64,000 nucleotides of DNA, from sequence record OP172796.1. One strand, given 5' to 3'. The stretch is from Escherichia phage EF202P1. The notes beneath the pieces are model-generated. The model had not been told where the DNA came from. It ran no database searches and worked only from the letters and a program-made list of their open reading frames with translations. The position numbers were made by a program, and so were the translations under genes. Of the stretch, positions 46,427 to 55,626 are shown piece after piece (within the stretch, counting starts at the first letter, position 1; each line of letters opens with the position of its first letter).

Positions 46427-48208
46427 ATGACTAAATCACTTTATGCAGTGCCAGCAGGTTTAAACGCAGATGCTTACAAATCTGGTCACATTTACCAGTA
46501 CCCTAGTGCAACAGAGTACTTAATGTTTAACCTGACACCACGTAGTGACAAATGGTTTAACAGTCCCTTAGCAATTGATGGTGTAGTTGCTTTTGGTATT
46601 CAACGTTTTGTTAAAGATTACTTGATAGACCACTGGAACGCCACCTTTTTTGAACGTGACAAAAAAGAAGCAATTGATGAAATCTTAGAAGTCATGAACG
46701 GTGTTCTGGGTAAAGATGCTATTGGTCGAGAGCATTGGGAAGCACTTCATGACTTGGGTTATCTACCAGTTGAAGTATACGCTGTAGAAGAAGGAACAGT
46801 TGTCCCTATGCGTGTACCAATGGTTGTCTTCCAGAACACTGTTTCAGGTTTCCATTGGGTAGCGGGGTATCTGGAAGATGCTTTCTCTGCTGAGATTTGG
46901 AAGGCTTGTACCATTGCAACTATTGCATTGCACTACAAACGTATCTGTAAGAAGTGGGCTGACCTTACTTGTGACAACGACTTGCATTTACCTTATCAGT
47001 GCCATGACTTTGCTATGCGTGGTATGTCCGGCTTTACTGATGACGCATTTAACGCTGTAGGCCACTTAACCAGCTTTAAAGGGACTGATAGCTTCCCTGC
47101 TGTATATACAGCTAAACGCATCTACGGTCAGTCCTACCCAATCTCTGATATTGGTAGCTCTGTACCAGCCACTGAACACTCTGTAATGTGTGCAAACATT
47201 GCTTGGGAAGGTGGTAATGAGTTGATTGAAGAAGAAAGACGCTTCAAAGGTGAGTTACAAACCTTCCGTCGCTTCTTAACAGAAACTTACCCAACTGGTA
47301 TTGCAAGTGTTGTTTCAGATACTTATAATTTCTGGAGAACTGTATCAGTCATATTGCCAGAACTCCGTAAAGAGATTATGGAACGAAATGGCAAACTGGT
47401 AATTCGTCCTGATTCTGGAGACCCTGTACATATTGTCACAGGTTATAAAGCAATTCACTTAGAGTGTGCTAAAAAGGCTTATTATGAACACCTAAGCAAG
47501 CTGGAAGCCAGCGACACAATGTTGAATGCTGTTCTGAACATGAAGCTTGAAAACATCAATTATGGTATTGCTGGATGGCTACTGTCAGAAGGCTATGAGA
47601 TGGTTGTTGACAGAGAAGACTTTGAAGTTGCTGATACAGTGATGTTGAAAAATGCTTATATGGTTGGTTCTGCAAACGTTGTAACACGTCCTGTAGCAGA
47701 GATTGATGGGGCTATTAAGACACTGTATAACATCTTTGGAGGGACTATCAACTCTAAAGGTTTTAAGGTACTGGATGAGCACATTGGCCTTATTTATGGT
47801 GACTCTATCACGTTGGAACGTGCAAACGAAATCCTGAAGCGTTTGTATGAAATGGGTTTTGCAAGCTCTAACGTAGTGTTTGGTGTAGGTTCTTACACTT
47901 ACCAGTACATGACTCGTGACACCTTTGCATTTGCTGTCAAAGCAACTCTTGCAAGCATTGGTGGTAAAGAGATTATGCTTGCAAAAGACCCTAAAACAGA
48001 TAGTGGTGTTAAGAAGTCTGCTTTTGGTGGTGTAGCACCTATGTGGGATGGCGATAAGATGAAAGCTGTAGATGGCTATGGATTCCAGAGCTTTGCAGAT
48101 GTGCTTGAACATCCAGCTTGTGCTTTACGTTTAGTCTTTAGTGACTCTGAGCAGTTTGGTTACACAACTCTTGGTGATATTCGAAATAATATTGACAAGC
48201 AGCTTTAA
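46427..48208 (+). CDS. nicotinamide phosphoribosyltransferase family protein (NAMPT-like; candidate Namat)
   Basis: About 593 aa, NAMPT-like throughout; GAGAGAG RBS; own terminators either side of the pair. Confidence 0.8.
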   Translation: MTKSLYAVPAGLNADAYKSGHIYQYPSATEYLMFNLTPRSDKWFNSPLAIDGVVAFGIQRFVKDYLIDHWNATFFERDKKEAIDEILEVMNGVLGKDAIGREHWEALHDLGYLPVEVYAVEEGTVVPMRVPMVVFQNTVSGFHWVAGYLEDAFSAEIWKACTIATIALHYKRICKKWADLTCDNDLHLPYQCHDFAMRGMSGFTDDAFNAVGHLTSFKGTDSFPAVYTAKRIYGQSYPISDIGSSVPATEHSVMCANIAWEGGNELIEEERRFKGELQTFRRFLTETYPTGIASVVSDTYNFWRTVSVILPELRKEIMERNGKLVIRPDSGDPVHIVTGYKAIHLECAKKAYYEHLSKLEASDTMLNAVLNMKLENINYGIAGWLLSEGYEMVVDREDFEVADTVMLKNAYMVGSANVVTRPVAEIDGAIKTLYNIFGGTINSKGFKVLDEHIGLIYGDSITLERANEILKRLYEMGFASSNVVFGVGSYTYQYMTRDTFAFAVKATLASIGGKEIMLAKDPKTDSGVKKSAFGGVAPMWDGDKMKAVDGYGFQSFADVLEHPACALRLVFSDSEQFGYTTLGDIRNNIDKQL

Positions 48209-48222
48209 AAGTATATGATAAG

Positions 48223-48246
48223 AGGCTCCTACGGGAGCCTTTTTAA
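48223..48246 (+). terminator. intrinsic terminator after NAMPT-like gene
   Basis: AGGCTCC-TACG-GGAGCCT then TTTT. Confidence 0.7.
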
Positions 48247-48261
48247 TTTCTGGAGAATGCT

Positions 48262-48606
48262 ATGGACAACCTTTCCATATGGTTTAACAAGAAACCTGTA
48301 CAACCGAAATACTTACAAGTTGCCTATACAGACATCCTTGAAGTTCTCGGTAAAGAAAAGTTTGAAAAGTTTTGTGAAGGTATCTACAATCACCACTGCC
48401 AATTTGCTACAAAAGAAGGTATGTTTGTCATAGAACAGTTCTTTGGCAGAGACCCAGATGACTACGAAGAGATTAGCTTTGTAATGAAATACATGATAGA
48501 GTATATTGAAAATCGTGGATTTGAAGTTAATCCTGAATTTTATGAGCATGAGGGTGTACCTTTAGCAAAAGGTTTTGATGGTATACTCGTTAACTGGACT
48601 TGGTGA
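48262..48606 (+). CDS. hypothetical protein
   Basis: ORF, no motif. Confidence 0.4.
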   Translation: MDNLSIWFNKKPVQPKYLQVAYTDILEVLGKEKFEKFCEGIYNHHCQFATKEGMFVIEQFFGRDPDDYEEISFVMKYMIEYIENRGFEVNPEFYEHEGVPLAKGFDGILVNWTW

Positions 48607-48611
48607 AAATT

Positions 48612-48947
48612 ATGAAAATCAAAGAGATGAACATCAACATTGTCTTAGAAGAACGTTGGGAGAACATCAAGAAGTCTGAGAATGGCCATAAGTTCCTCAA
48701 CAAAATCTTAGTAGCAGCTAAAGAAGAACTGACTGGTAAGGTTGCAGCAGCAATTACAATAAAGGTGTGTGTAAAAGGTCTTCCAGACAATCACCAATTT
48801 GCACTTGACGAGTTTAAAGAGAGCTTCTACAATCCAAACAAACAGATGCTTGAAAGTAACTTTGCAGTATCTACAAGCATCGTTCATGACAGAAGCTTTA
48901 TCCTTTACAAGAATATGAGAGGTGAGTCATGCAAGCATATTGGATAG
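48612..48947 (+). CDS. hypothetical protein
   Basis: ORF, no motif. Confidence 0.4.
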   Translation: MKIKEMNINIVLEERWENIKKSENGHKFLNKILVAAKEELTGKVAAAITIKVCVKGLPDNHQFALDEFKESFYNPNKQMLESNFAVSTSIVHDRSFILYKNMRGESCKHIG

Positions 48948-49105
48948 AAATTTTACTGTCACTCGGTAGTGTAGCAGTGTTTGTTTACCTTCTTTGCAAG
49001 TACTATGCAGAATACAAAAAATGTGACTTCTGTAATGGAGAAGGTTATACAAGAGCAGGTTGTTGCCCTATGTGTGGCGGTTCTGGTAAAATGTTTAATA
49101 AGTAA
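48929..49105 (+). CDS. small membrane-anchored zinc-finger protein (not in ORF track)
   Basis: 58-aa ORF: TM helix then CDFCNGEGYTRAGCCPMCGGSGK (DnaJ-like CxxCxGxG pair); hand-derived coordinates. Confidence 0.3.
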   Translation: MQAYWIEILLSLGSVAVFVYLLCKYYAEYKKCDFCNGEGYTRAGCCPMCGGSGKMFNK

Positions 49106-49133
49106 TTTAACAGTAAACTAAGAGGAAAGTATT

Positions 49134-51500
49134 ATGCGCATGGTAAACGACCACGCAGAAGTGATTAAGAGTTCAACTTCTTTAGAGACATCTCAAGCAC
49201 AGATTACAATGACACCTGAAATGTTCAGCCTTCTGAGTTCTGGTGTATATACCTTTAAAGAGCGAGCAGTAATTCGTGAACTGTCATGTAACGCAGTAGA
49301 TGCTCAGAAAGAAGCTGGAAAAGAGAACATCCCGTTCCATGTGCATTTACCTACTCGTTTTGAGCCTTACTTTGAAGTCCGTGATTTTGGAACTGGATTG
49401 ACTCATGATAAAGTTATGAGTTTGTATCTAAACTACGGGGCTTCTACAAAGAATGACTCTAATGACTACATTGGTGCAATGGGTATCGGCTCAAAATCTC
49501 CATTTGCAATTGCTCAGTCATTCACAGTATCTAGCTATGTTGATGGTGTTGTTAATAAGTACTCTGTTTATCTTGAGAATGGTATCCCTCAAGTAACTAA
49601 GCTGACCACTAACCCAACAAAAGAACCTAATGGTTTAGCTGTGCGTGTAGCAGTTGCTGACCATCGTATCTCAAAGTTCTTTGAAGAAGCTGGTCACGTA
49701 TACTCATACTTTGCTGTAAAACCAGAAAGTAATATCGAGTACGATGATGTATTAGCAGATATGAATGTCATTGCCCGTGAAGAAGGTGTTTATGATGCCA
49801 TGATTCATAAGCAAAGCTGGCGTTCTAGTGGTAACAGGACAGAGTTTAACGTGGTAATGGGTAACATTGCCTATCCAGTGAATATGGAAGCATTACTTGG
49901 TGATGATTTCTTCAAAGTCTTGCCAGAGTTTTTCCGCAGGAGCGTAGACCTTGTAAACATCTACATGCCTATTGGTTCAGTTGCTATTGCAGCTTCTCGT
50001 GAAGCATTGCAGATGAACGACACGACAAAAAATGTTATCATTGAGGCTACTAAAAAGATAACTGAAGCAATTACAAAGGATGTTATCAAGAAAGTTAATA
50101 GCCAACCTACACTCATGGATGCTGCACAGGCTTATGCTGAGTTACGTTTGAACTCACGAGAGATGTTTAATGCTGTGTGTCCAAAGCTAGAGTGGGGAGG
50201 TGTTAAGCTTGATTCTCTGGAGGAAGAATTACTAAACATTCGTCGTGGAATTATCTACGCAGAAGACGGCTCAGTCATTTATGAACGTGACGGTAAAGGT
50301 AATATTAAGGTTGATAGGAACGGAAACAACATCCCTAAAGTAGATTATCTTTATAATCCAGTTGCTTATGTTAAGTTCAACTCTTTAGAAAGTAAGATTC
50401 GTGCAACAGCACTTTCCTACACTCAAGAGGCAAGTATGTTCAATATCTTTGGCGCAATGCGTAAAAGCCAAATTGAACAGTTTTTGTTTGTTATAAATGA
50501 CCGTCGCAATAAAAATGGTACTGAGAAGACTGTAGGACGCAATCAGATTCTGCGTGGTGCATGTCGAGACTATGCCAGCGAGTCAAGCCTGTTTCACAGA
50601 TACAATGGTATTGTCTTTGTATTCTCTACAGAGAAAGAGTTAGACGACTTAATCACTCTGCACAAACTTGATAAAAGCTTGTTAAAGATTGTGAAGATGT
50701 CTGATAAGGAACATCATTATCAGCGTAAAGAAGCTGTAAGAGGTGTTGTAAAACTCTGGAAAGCTGTTCCAGCAGAAGGTGTAGCTTCATACAAAGAGGT
50801 GTCAGAAGACTTAGATACGATTGAAGAGCCTCAGCTTTATATTAAGGCAGTAGGAGACACAGTTGATGGCGAATGTTTTTGCTCATCTCCAGAAGATGTA
50901 GCTAAGTCAGTTGCCAATGTCATTGGAAAGACAGTATATGTTTTCCGAAAAGCAAATTGGAAAAAGATACCAGAAGACTGGATTGAAGTAGATGAGAAGC
51001 GCTTGAACGACAGCTTAACTGATGTTCACTGGATTAATCATAACAGGTATATGACACGCATCTATATGAATGGTGTCCTAGACCTTACAAGCAGTTGGAT
51101 TATTGCCAGAAACTTTACGTTCAATAACAGGAAGATTTCTCGTGGTTATTGCTATTCACGAGACACAAACAAAACTATCTTCTTAGAAGGTAATGAAGAT
51201 GCTGTTGAGGCAATGTTTGGTAAAATCCAATACGTTGCTGCACCGTTTGCATACACTTACACTATTAGTCGGTTGCAAACTTTGAAAGAATGCCTTGACA
51301 ACGATACAAAGCTGTACAAGAAGATTAAGAAAGCTGGTGACCGTATGGTCATCAAGGTGACAAACTATCTTTCAAAAAGAAAACAAGAAAACTTCTTGCT
51401 TTCTCATTTAGATTGGAATAAAGTGTCACCCATCGAAGTGAGTAAGTTCTTGGGCTTTGATGTGAAGTGTGTTCCAGAAGGGACTACAATTTACGATTAA
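49134..51500 (+). CDS. rIIA: rIIA protein (GHKL-type ATPase domain)
   Basis: N-terminal blocks VIRELSCNAVDA, RDFGTGL, SNDYIGAMGIGSKSPF resemble T4 rIIA. Confidence 0.8.
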   Translation: MRMVNDHAEVIKSSTSLETSQAQITMTPEMFSLLSSGVYTFKERAVIRELSCNAVDAQKEAGKENIPFHVHLPTRFEPYFEVRDFGTGLTHDKVMSLYLNYGASTKNDSNDYIGAMGIGSKSPFAIAQSFTVSSYVDGVVNKYSVYLENGIPQVTKLTTNPTKEPNGLAVRVAVADHRISKFFEEAGHVYSYFAVKPESNIEYDDVLADMNVIAREEGVYDAMIHKQSWRSSGNRTEFNVVMGNIAYPVNMEALLGDDFFKVLPEFFRRSVDLVNIYMPIGSVAIAASREALQMNDTTKNVIIEATKKITEAITKDVIKKVNSQPTLMDAAQAYAELRLNSREMFNAVCPKLEWGGVKLDSLEEELLNIRRGIIYAEDGSVIYERDGKGNIKVDRNGNNIPKVDYLYNPVAYVKFNSLESKIRATALSYTQEASMFNIFGAMRKSQIEQFLFVINDRRNKNGTEKTVGRNQILRGACRDYASESSLFHRYNGIVFVFSTEKELDDLITLHKLDKSLLKIVKMSDKEHHYQRKEAVRGVVKLWKAVPAEGVASYKEVSEDLDTIEEPQLYIKAVGDTVDGECFCSSPEDVAKSVANVIGKTVYVFRKANWKKIPEDWIEVDEKRLNDSLTDVHWINHNRYMTRIYMNGVLDLTSSWIIARNFTFNNRKISRGYCYSRDTNKTIFLEGNEDAVEAMFGKIQYVAAPFAYTYTISRLQTLKECLDNDTKLYKKIKKAGDRMVIKVTNYLSKRKQENFLLSHLDWNKVSPIEVSKFLGFDVKCVPEGTTIYD

Positions 51501-51504
51501 GTGT

Positions 51505-51534
51505 TTGACAAGGGGCTTTGAAGCCCCTTAGAAT
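51505..51534 (+). promoter_or_regulatory. promoter TTGACA-N17/18-TAGAAT with GGGGCT/AGCCCC hairpin inside spacer (rIIB)
   Basis: Hexamers flank AGGGGCTTTGAAGCCCCT stem-loop. Confidence 0.5.
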
Positions 51535-51578
51535 AGCCTTACAAAATGATTTATTAACTAACAAGAGAGAGTAATAAG

Positions 51579-52688
51579 ATGACTACTAAAACTAAAGCAC
51601 AGATTGACGCAGAAATTTACAAACTGGTTAAAGAAGGCAAGCTGACTAAAACAGCTATTGCACAGAAGTTCAATACTTCAACCCGTTCAGTTGGTCGTGC
51701 TGTAGAGCGTCATGAAGCAACCTTAAAAGGTAAGAAAAAGGCAGCTTCTAAACCAGCTACGAAGACTTTGAAGCAAGTTGCTAAGTCAGTTAAAAAGAAA
51801 GCTGGAAAACCAGTTGAAAAGGTTGTTAAAAAGGCTGTACAAAAGGCTCCGGTAAATAAACTACACGAAGCTATGCAGAATGGTGACCGAATTGAGTATA
51901 TGATTACTGGCGACTCTGTTATCATGACTTTCGGTGCAGATTCTGAAATCGTTGAGTCTACCCATCCGAACTACAAAGAAATCGTAATGGCTGTTGTAGG
52001 TGGTGAGTACAAGAAAGCTTTCGAACTGATGAACATTCGTAAGTCTATCGAGAACTTCACTCAGGGTGCTATCACAATTAAAGGTGACAAGCTATTCTAC
52101 GGTGCTGTTGAGATGCGTTCTACTCTGGTTGACCGTATTCTTCACATGATGAAGACTGGCGATAAAGGTTTTGAACGACTTGTAATGTTCTTCGAAAAAC
52201 TGATGGAAAACCCATCTAAAGATTCTGTAGAACAACTTTGGGGATTTGTATCTCACCTTGATGTTGAAATTGATGAAGAAGGCTACATCATTGGTTGGAA
52301 GAAAGTCTCTACTCGTGAAGGTAAGCTGGTTGACTCTCACACCTACAAAGTACCTAATGATTTGGGTAACATTGTAGAGATGCCACGTTGGATGGTTGAT
52401 AACAACCGTAACGTAACTTGCTCTCAAGGTCTTCATGTCGGTGCTTGGGATTATGTTCGCCACTTCTCAGGTGATACCATCCTGAAGGTTCGTGTCCATC
52501 CACGAGATGTTGTATCTGTTCCAACTGATTACAACGATATGAAGATGCGTTCCTCTCGTTATGAAGTTGCAGCAATCGTTGATAATCAGCGTAAAGTACT
52601 GAAAGCGTGGGATGGTAAGACTGAGGCTTTGCATGTCATCGTTGGCACTGCTGGTGAACTCATCTCCCAACGTAAACGTGAAATCTAA
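51579..52688 (+). CDS. rIIB: rIIB protein
   Basis: C-terminal blocks IVEMPR, TCSQGLHV, KVRVHPRDVVSVPTDYNDMKMRSSRYEV match T4 rIIB pattern; follows rIIA. Confidence 0.8.
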   Translation: MTTKTKAQIDAEIYKLVKEGKLTKTAIAQKFNTSTRSVGRAVERHEATLKGKKKAASKPATKTLKQVAKSVKKKAGKPVEKVVKKAVQKAPVNKLHEAMQNGDRIEYMITGDSVIMTFGADSEIVESTHPNYKEIVMAVVGGEYKKAFELMNIRKSIENFTQGAITIKGDKLFYGAVEMRSTLVDRILHMMKTGDKGFERLVMFFEKLMENPSKDSVEQLWGFVSHLDVEIDEEGYIIGWKKVSTREGKLVDSHTYKVPNDLGNIVEMPRWMVDNNRNVTCSQGLHVGAWDYVRHFSGDTILKVRVHPRDVVSVPTDYNDMKMRSSRYEVAAIVDNQRKVLKAWDGKTEALHVIVGTAGELISQRKREI

Positions 52689-52705
52689 TAAGTAATTTCT
52701 TAAAA

Positions 52706-52728
52706 GGCTGCTTCGGCGGCCTTTTTTA
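52706..52728 (+). terminator. intrinsic terminator after rIIB
   Basis: GGCTGC-TTCG-GCGGCC then TTTTTT. Confidence 0.7.
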
Positions 52729-52788
52729 TTTGTATTTTGTGCAGAGTGCTGTATAATTGAGGTCACGATAAACTAAACAGGAGAACCA

Positions 52789-53337
52789 ATGAAGAAGTTG
52801 ATTCTAGGTTTGTGCTTAATGTTTACAGCACACTTATCTTATGCAGTTGACTGCCCAGAGCTATCAATTAGTCAAAAAGTAAACATGTTAAAAGCTTACC
52901 AGTATGGTGAGAATAATATGGGTAAAGGATGGGGCATCACTCTAGCTGCTATAGCCTTACAAGAGTCAGAGTTAGGTCTGAATATGGAGAATAAAAAGAC
53001 CCATGACTATGGTATCTTCCAGAATCACTTGAAGACTGTTGTAAAGCGTAACAAAATCAGTCCTAATGTGGCTAAAAAGAAACTCTTAAAAGACTTCGAC
53101 TATGCTGCAAAGGAAACACACAAAGAGCTTGAGTTTTGGACGAAGGTACATGGTCACCCAAAGTCAAAGAAGACTTTACAAAAAGTTTTAGCATCATATA
53201 ATGCTGGGTATTCGTACAAAATTCCTAAAGCTAAGAAATACTCTCAAGATGTCTACAACAATATGAAAGTTATTGCTCAATGTGAATTTGCAACAAACAT
53301 TTCTAAGGTAAATCATGAAAAAATTAAGAAAGTCTGA
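52789..53337 (+). CDS. lytic transglycosylase / lysozyme-like protein with signal peptide (candidate endolysin)
   Basis: Signal peptide MKKLILGLCLMFTAHLSYA; SLT-like catalytic region ALQESELG ... DYGIFQ. Confidence 0.5.
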   Translation: MKKLILGLCLMFTAHLSYAVDCPELSISQKVNMLKAYQYGENNMGKGWGITLAAIALQESELGLNMENKKTHDYGIFQNHLKTVVKRNKISPNVAKKKLLKDFDYAAKETHKELEFWTKVHGHPKSKKTLQKVLASYNAGYSYKIPKAKKYSQDVYNNMKVIAQCEFATNISKVNHEKIKKV

Positions 53338-54010
53338 TGAAGTACTGTGCCATGCTTATGACTTGCATCCTCATGAGTTAGGTCTTGATTCATGTGTATG
53401 GACTCCAGAACAGTGCAGAGATTTTGAAGATACTGCAAGAGAAGTTGTATGTTCACTTGAAGAGTTCCACACGCCAGAAACAATTGTGAACGTTGTGGAC
53501 AAAGAGACTGGACAATCTATAGGTGTAAGACGTGACAGTTTAGTTATAGTCAATAAAGACCTTGTAGAAAAAGGTAACCTCATCTTAGCAGATATTGATG
53601 GTGTTCTTACAAATTTTAATCACGAAGACTGCTCAACGGAACTGATTGATGGGTCATTTTCACAGTACACTAATTTGCTTGACTCTGTAAGTGCAAAACC
53701 AACGTATGTTTTTAATATTATTGATGCAATTGCTAACCATGCTGCCATTGGACTCTTGACAGCGAGGGGTGAATCTCAGAGAATACCTACTGAGATGTTT
53801 TTAAGGCATTACATAGAGCATGATTACATGCTTTTCATGCGTGGTTTTGGAACTAACTCTATAAGTGCAGAAAGTTTAAAAGTTAGGATGATTCAGTCTT
53901 GCATTCTTCCTTACTTTAATATAGTATGCTTTATAGAAGATACAGAGAAGAATGTTCAGAAGGTAAACAGAATCCTTCCACACATTAAAACCATGTTAGT
54001 TAAACATTGA
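53315..54010 (+). CDS. HAD-superfamily hydrolase-like protein
   Basis: HAD motif I LILADIDGVLT and motif IV-like FIEDTEKN. Confidence 0.4.
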   Translation: MKKLRKSDEVLCHAYDLHPHELGLDSCVWTPEQCRDFEDTAREVVCSLEEFHTPETIVNVVDKETGQSIGVRRDSLVIVNKDLVEKGNLILADIDGVLTNFNHEDCSTELIDGSFSQYTNLLDSVSAKPTYVFNIIDAIANHAAIGLLTARGESQRIPTEMFLRHYIEHDYMLFMRGFGTNSISAESLKVRMIQSCILPYFNIVCFIEDTEKNVQKVNRILPHIKTMLVKH

Positions 54011-54021
54011 GAGAAAAACTT

Positions 54022-54486
54022 ATGAACAATATCATTACGGTAGCACTGGACGATACGACAAACAAATCTGTAGTAGTTCGTAAATTGATTCAAGGTAACT
54101 TTGAAGGTAAAATTTTTCGTGCTGTCAATGTAAAAGCTGATGGCAGCATTCGTGAATATCGTGCATTGTTGAATGTTAAAAAGCACGTAAAAGGTGCTGG
54201 TTCAACGACTGCACACAAAGAAAACCTGATGACTATTTATGATATGGGTAAGGCTTCAGAGTTAGGTGCTGAAGGTATCGTTAAAGAAGGTGCTCCGTAT
54301 CGCTCTTTCAATCTGGAAACTACTCTTATGCTTTCCTTTACAAGTGGTTCTAAAACAATCACTTACCTCTTTACTGATGCTGCAACGGTATCTGCTATTA
54401 AGGATGGCACTGTCAAAGCTGGCGTAGTTGCTGCTGCAAAAGCTTCTTCGATGGCTGCGAATATCCTTGCTAAAGTCCTCAGTTAA
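54022..54486 (+). CDS. hypothetical protein
   Basis: ORF followed by UUCG-loop terminator. Confidence 0.4.
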   Translation: MNNIITVALDDTTNKSVVVRKLIQGNFEGKIFRAVNVKADGSIREYRALLNVKKHVKGAGSTTAHKENLMTIYDMGKASELGAEGIVKEGAPYRSFNLETTLMLSFTSGSKTITYLFTDAATVSAIKDGTVKAGVVAAAKASSMAANILAKVLS

Positions 54487-54497
54487 GGTTAAGATAC

Positions 54498-54521
54498 AGG
54501 CTCCTTCGGGAGCCTTTTTCA
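54498..54521 (+). terminator. intrinsic terminator
   Basis: AGGCTCC-TTCG-GGAGCCT then TTTTT. Confidence 0.7.
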
Positions 54522-54538
54522 TTTCAGGAGATTGTTAA

Positions 54539-54886
54539 ATGACATTTAAAGAGTTCTGCCAAGCTACTTTCATAATTGTTTTCTTAGTTGGAGCAGGTGT
54601 CTGGGGAGGATACTCTTACAGAGACTACCAAGTTGCTGAAGCTGAGCTAAATAATGAGAAATTAATAAGTGTTGCCAAAGATGCTTATCAGGAAGGTTTA
54701 GCCACACTCAGCACCAATTACAAAAATGATTTGAAAGATGTGCTTGCTAAGAATAAGCATACAAAAGAGGTACTAACATATGAAAAAACTAAGCCAGAGT
54801 TTTATAATGTTTGTGTTACTGATAATTATGTCAGGGTGTTCAACGAACAAAGTGAACAGTACATTCAAAAACTCCCAAGTAAGTGA
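54539..54886 (+). CDS. candidate i-spanin (Rz-like)
   Basis: N-terminal TM segment then coiled-coil-like periplasmic part; lipoprotein ORF embedded at 3' end in another frame. Confidence 0.4.
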   Translation: MTFKEFCQATFIIVFLVGAGVWGGYSYRDYQVAEAELNNEKLISVAKDAYQEGLATLSTNYKNDLKDVLAKNKHTKEVLTYEKTKPEFYNVCVTDNYVRVFNEQSEQYIQKLPSK

Positions 54887-55049
54887 GAGTGATAAGTACA
54901 CTCAAGAAGAGTCGAGATTCACTATCAAAGGTAATACCGGCAGTGATGTGGCAGCAGCCCTTGAGTTTTATCGTGATGGTTTTTACCAGTGCACAATAAA
55001 AGCTAATAACCTTATTGATATGATTTTATTAGGGAACAAACAGCAATGA
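54780..55049 (+). CDS. candidate o-spanin lipoprotein (Rz1-like)
   Basis: Signal peptide with lipobox IMSGC; starts inside 54539..54886 in a different frame. Confidence 0.4.
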   Translation: MKKLSQSFIMFVLLIIMSGCSTNKVNSTFKNSQVSESDKYTQEESRFTIKGNTGSDVAAALEFYRDGFYQCTIKANNLIDMILLGNKQQ

Positions 55050-55315
55050 CAGAGAATGAAGACACTTTCTATGTAGAAGGGTACTTACTGCTACCACGAC
55101 CAAAAGAAACTTATATGCGGATTGATTTCTCACCAACCATTATGGATAATGTGATGTGTCATATTTTTATACAAGGTATCACAGCACAACTAAAGCATGT
55201 TGGTAAAGAGTGCAAAATAAAGGTTGACACTCATCCAGAAATCAAAGAGAATCACTACACATGGTTCTTACCAGACTCTAAAGAAATCTTAGCAGTTCTT
55301 AAAACGAGGAAATGA
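55046..55315 (+). CDS. hypothetical protein
   Basis: Coupled ORF. Confidence 0.35.
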   Translation: MTENEDTFYVEGYLLLPRPKETYMRIDFSPTIMDNVMCHIFIQGITAQLKHVGKECKIKVDTHPEIKENHYTWFLPDSKEILAVLKTRK

Positions 55316-55626
55316 TTATGCAATTCCAGCCAACAAATCGTGGATTTTCTTATGCAGAATTTAAAGATGCTAAAGGGGAAATTTGTACTTTACAAGAGAG
55401 TTCATCATATGAACCATGTATCTGGTTAGGTGCTAAAGAGGTCTCTGTTCAGTACCTAGATGGTGGCTGGAAAACACTTGATATCCCAGCATTAGTAGGT
55501 AAAGATTTTGTAGGTAACCAAAGAATGAAACTCAATCAAGAACAGGTAAAAGAACTGTTGCCGTACCTTCAATACTTTGCTGAAAATGGTGAATTACCAA
55601 CAGAGGAACTTACAAATGCAGATTAA
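55312..55626 (+). CDS. hypothetical protein
   Basis: Coupled ORF. Confidence 0.35.
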   Translation: MIMQFQPTNRGFSYAEFKDAKGEICTLQESSSYEPCIWLGAKEVSVQYLDGGWKTLDIPALVGKDFVGNQRMKLNQEQVKELLPYLQYFAENGELPTEELTNAD

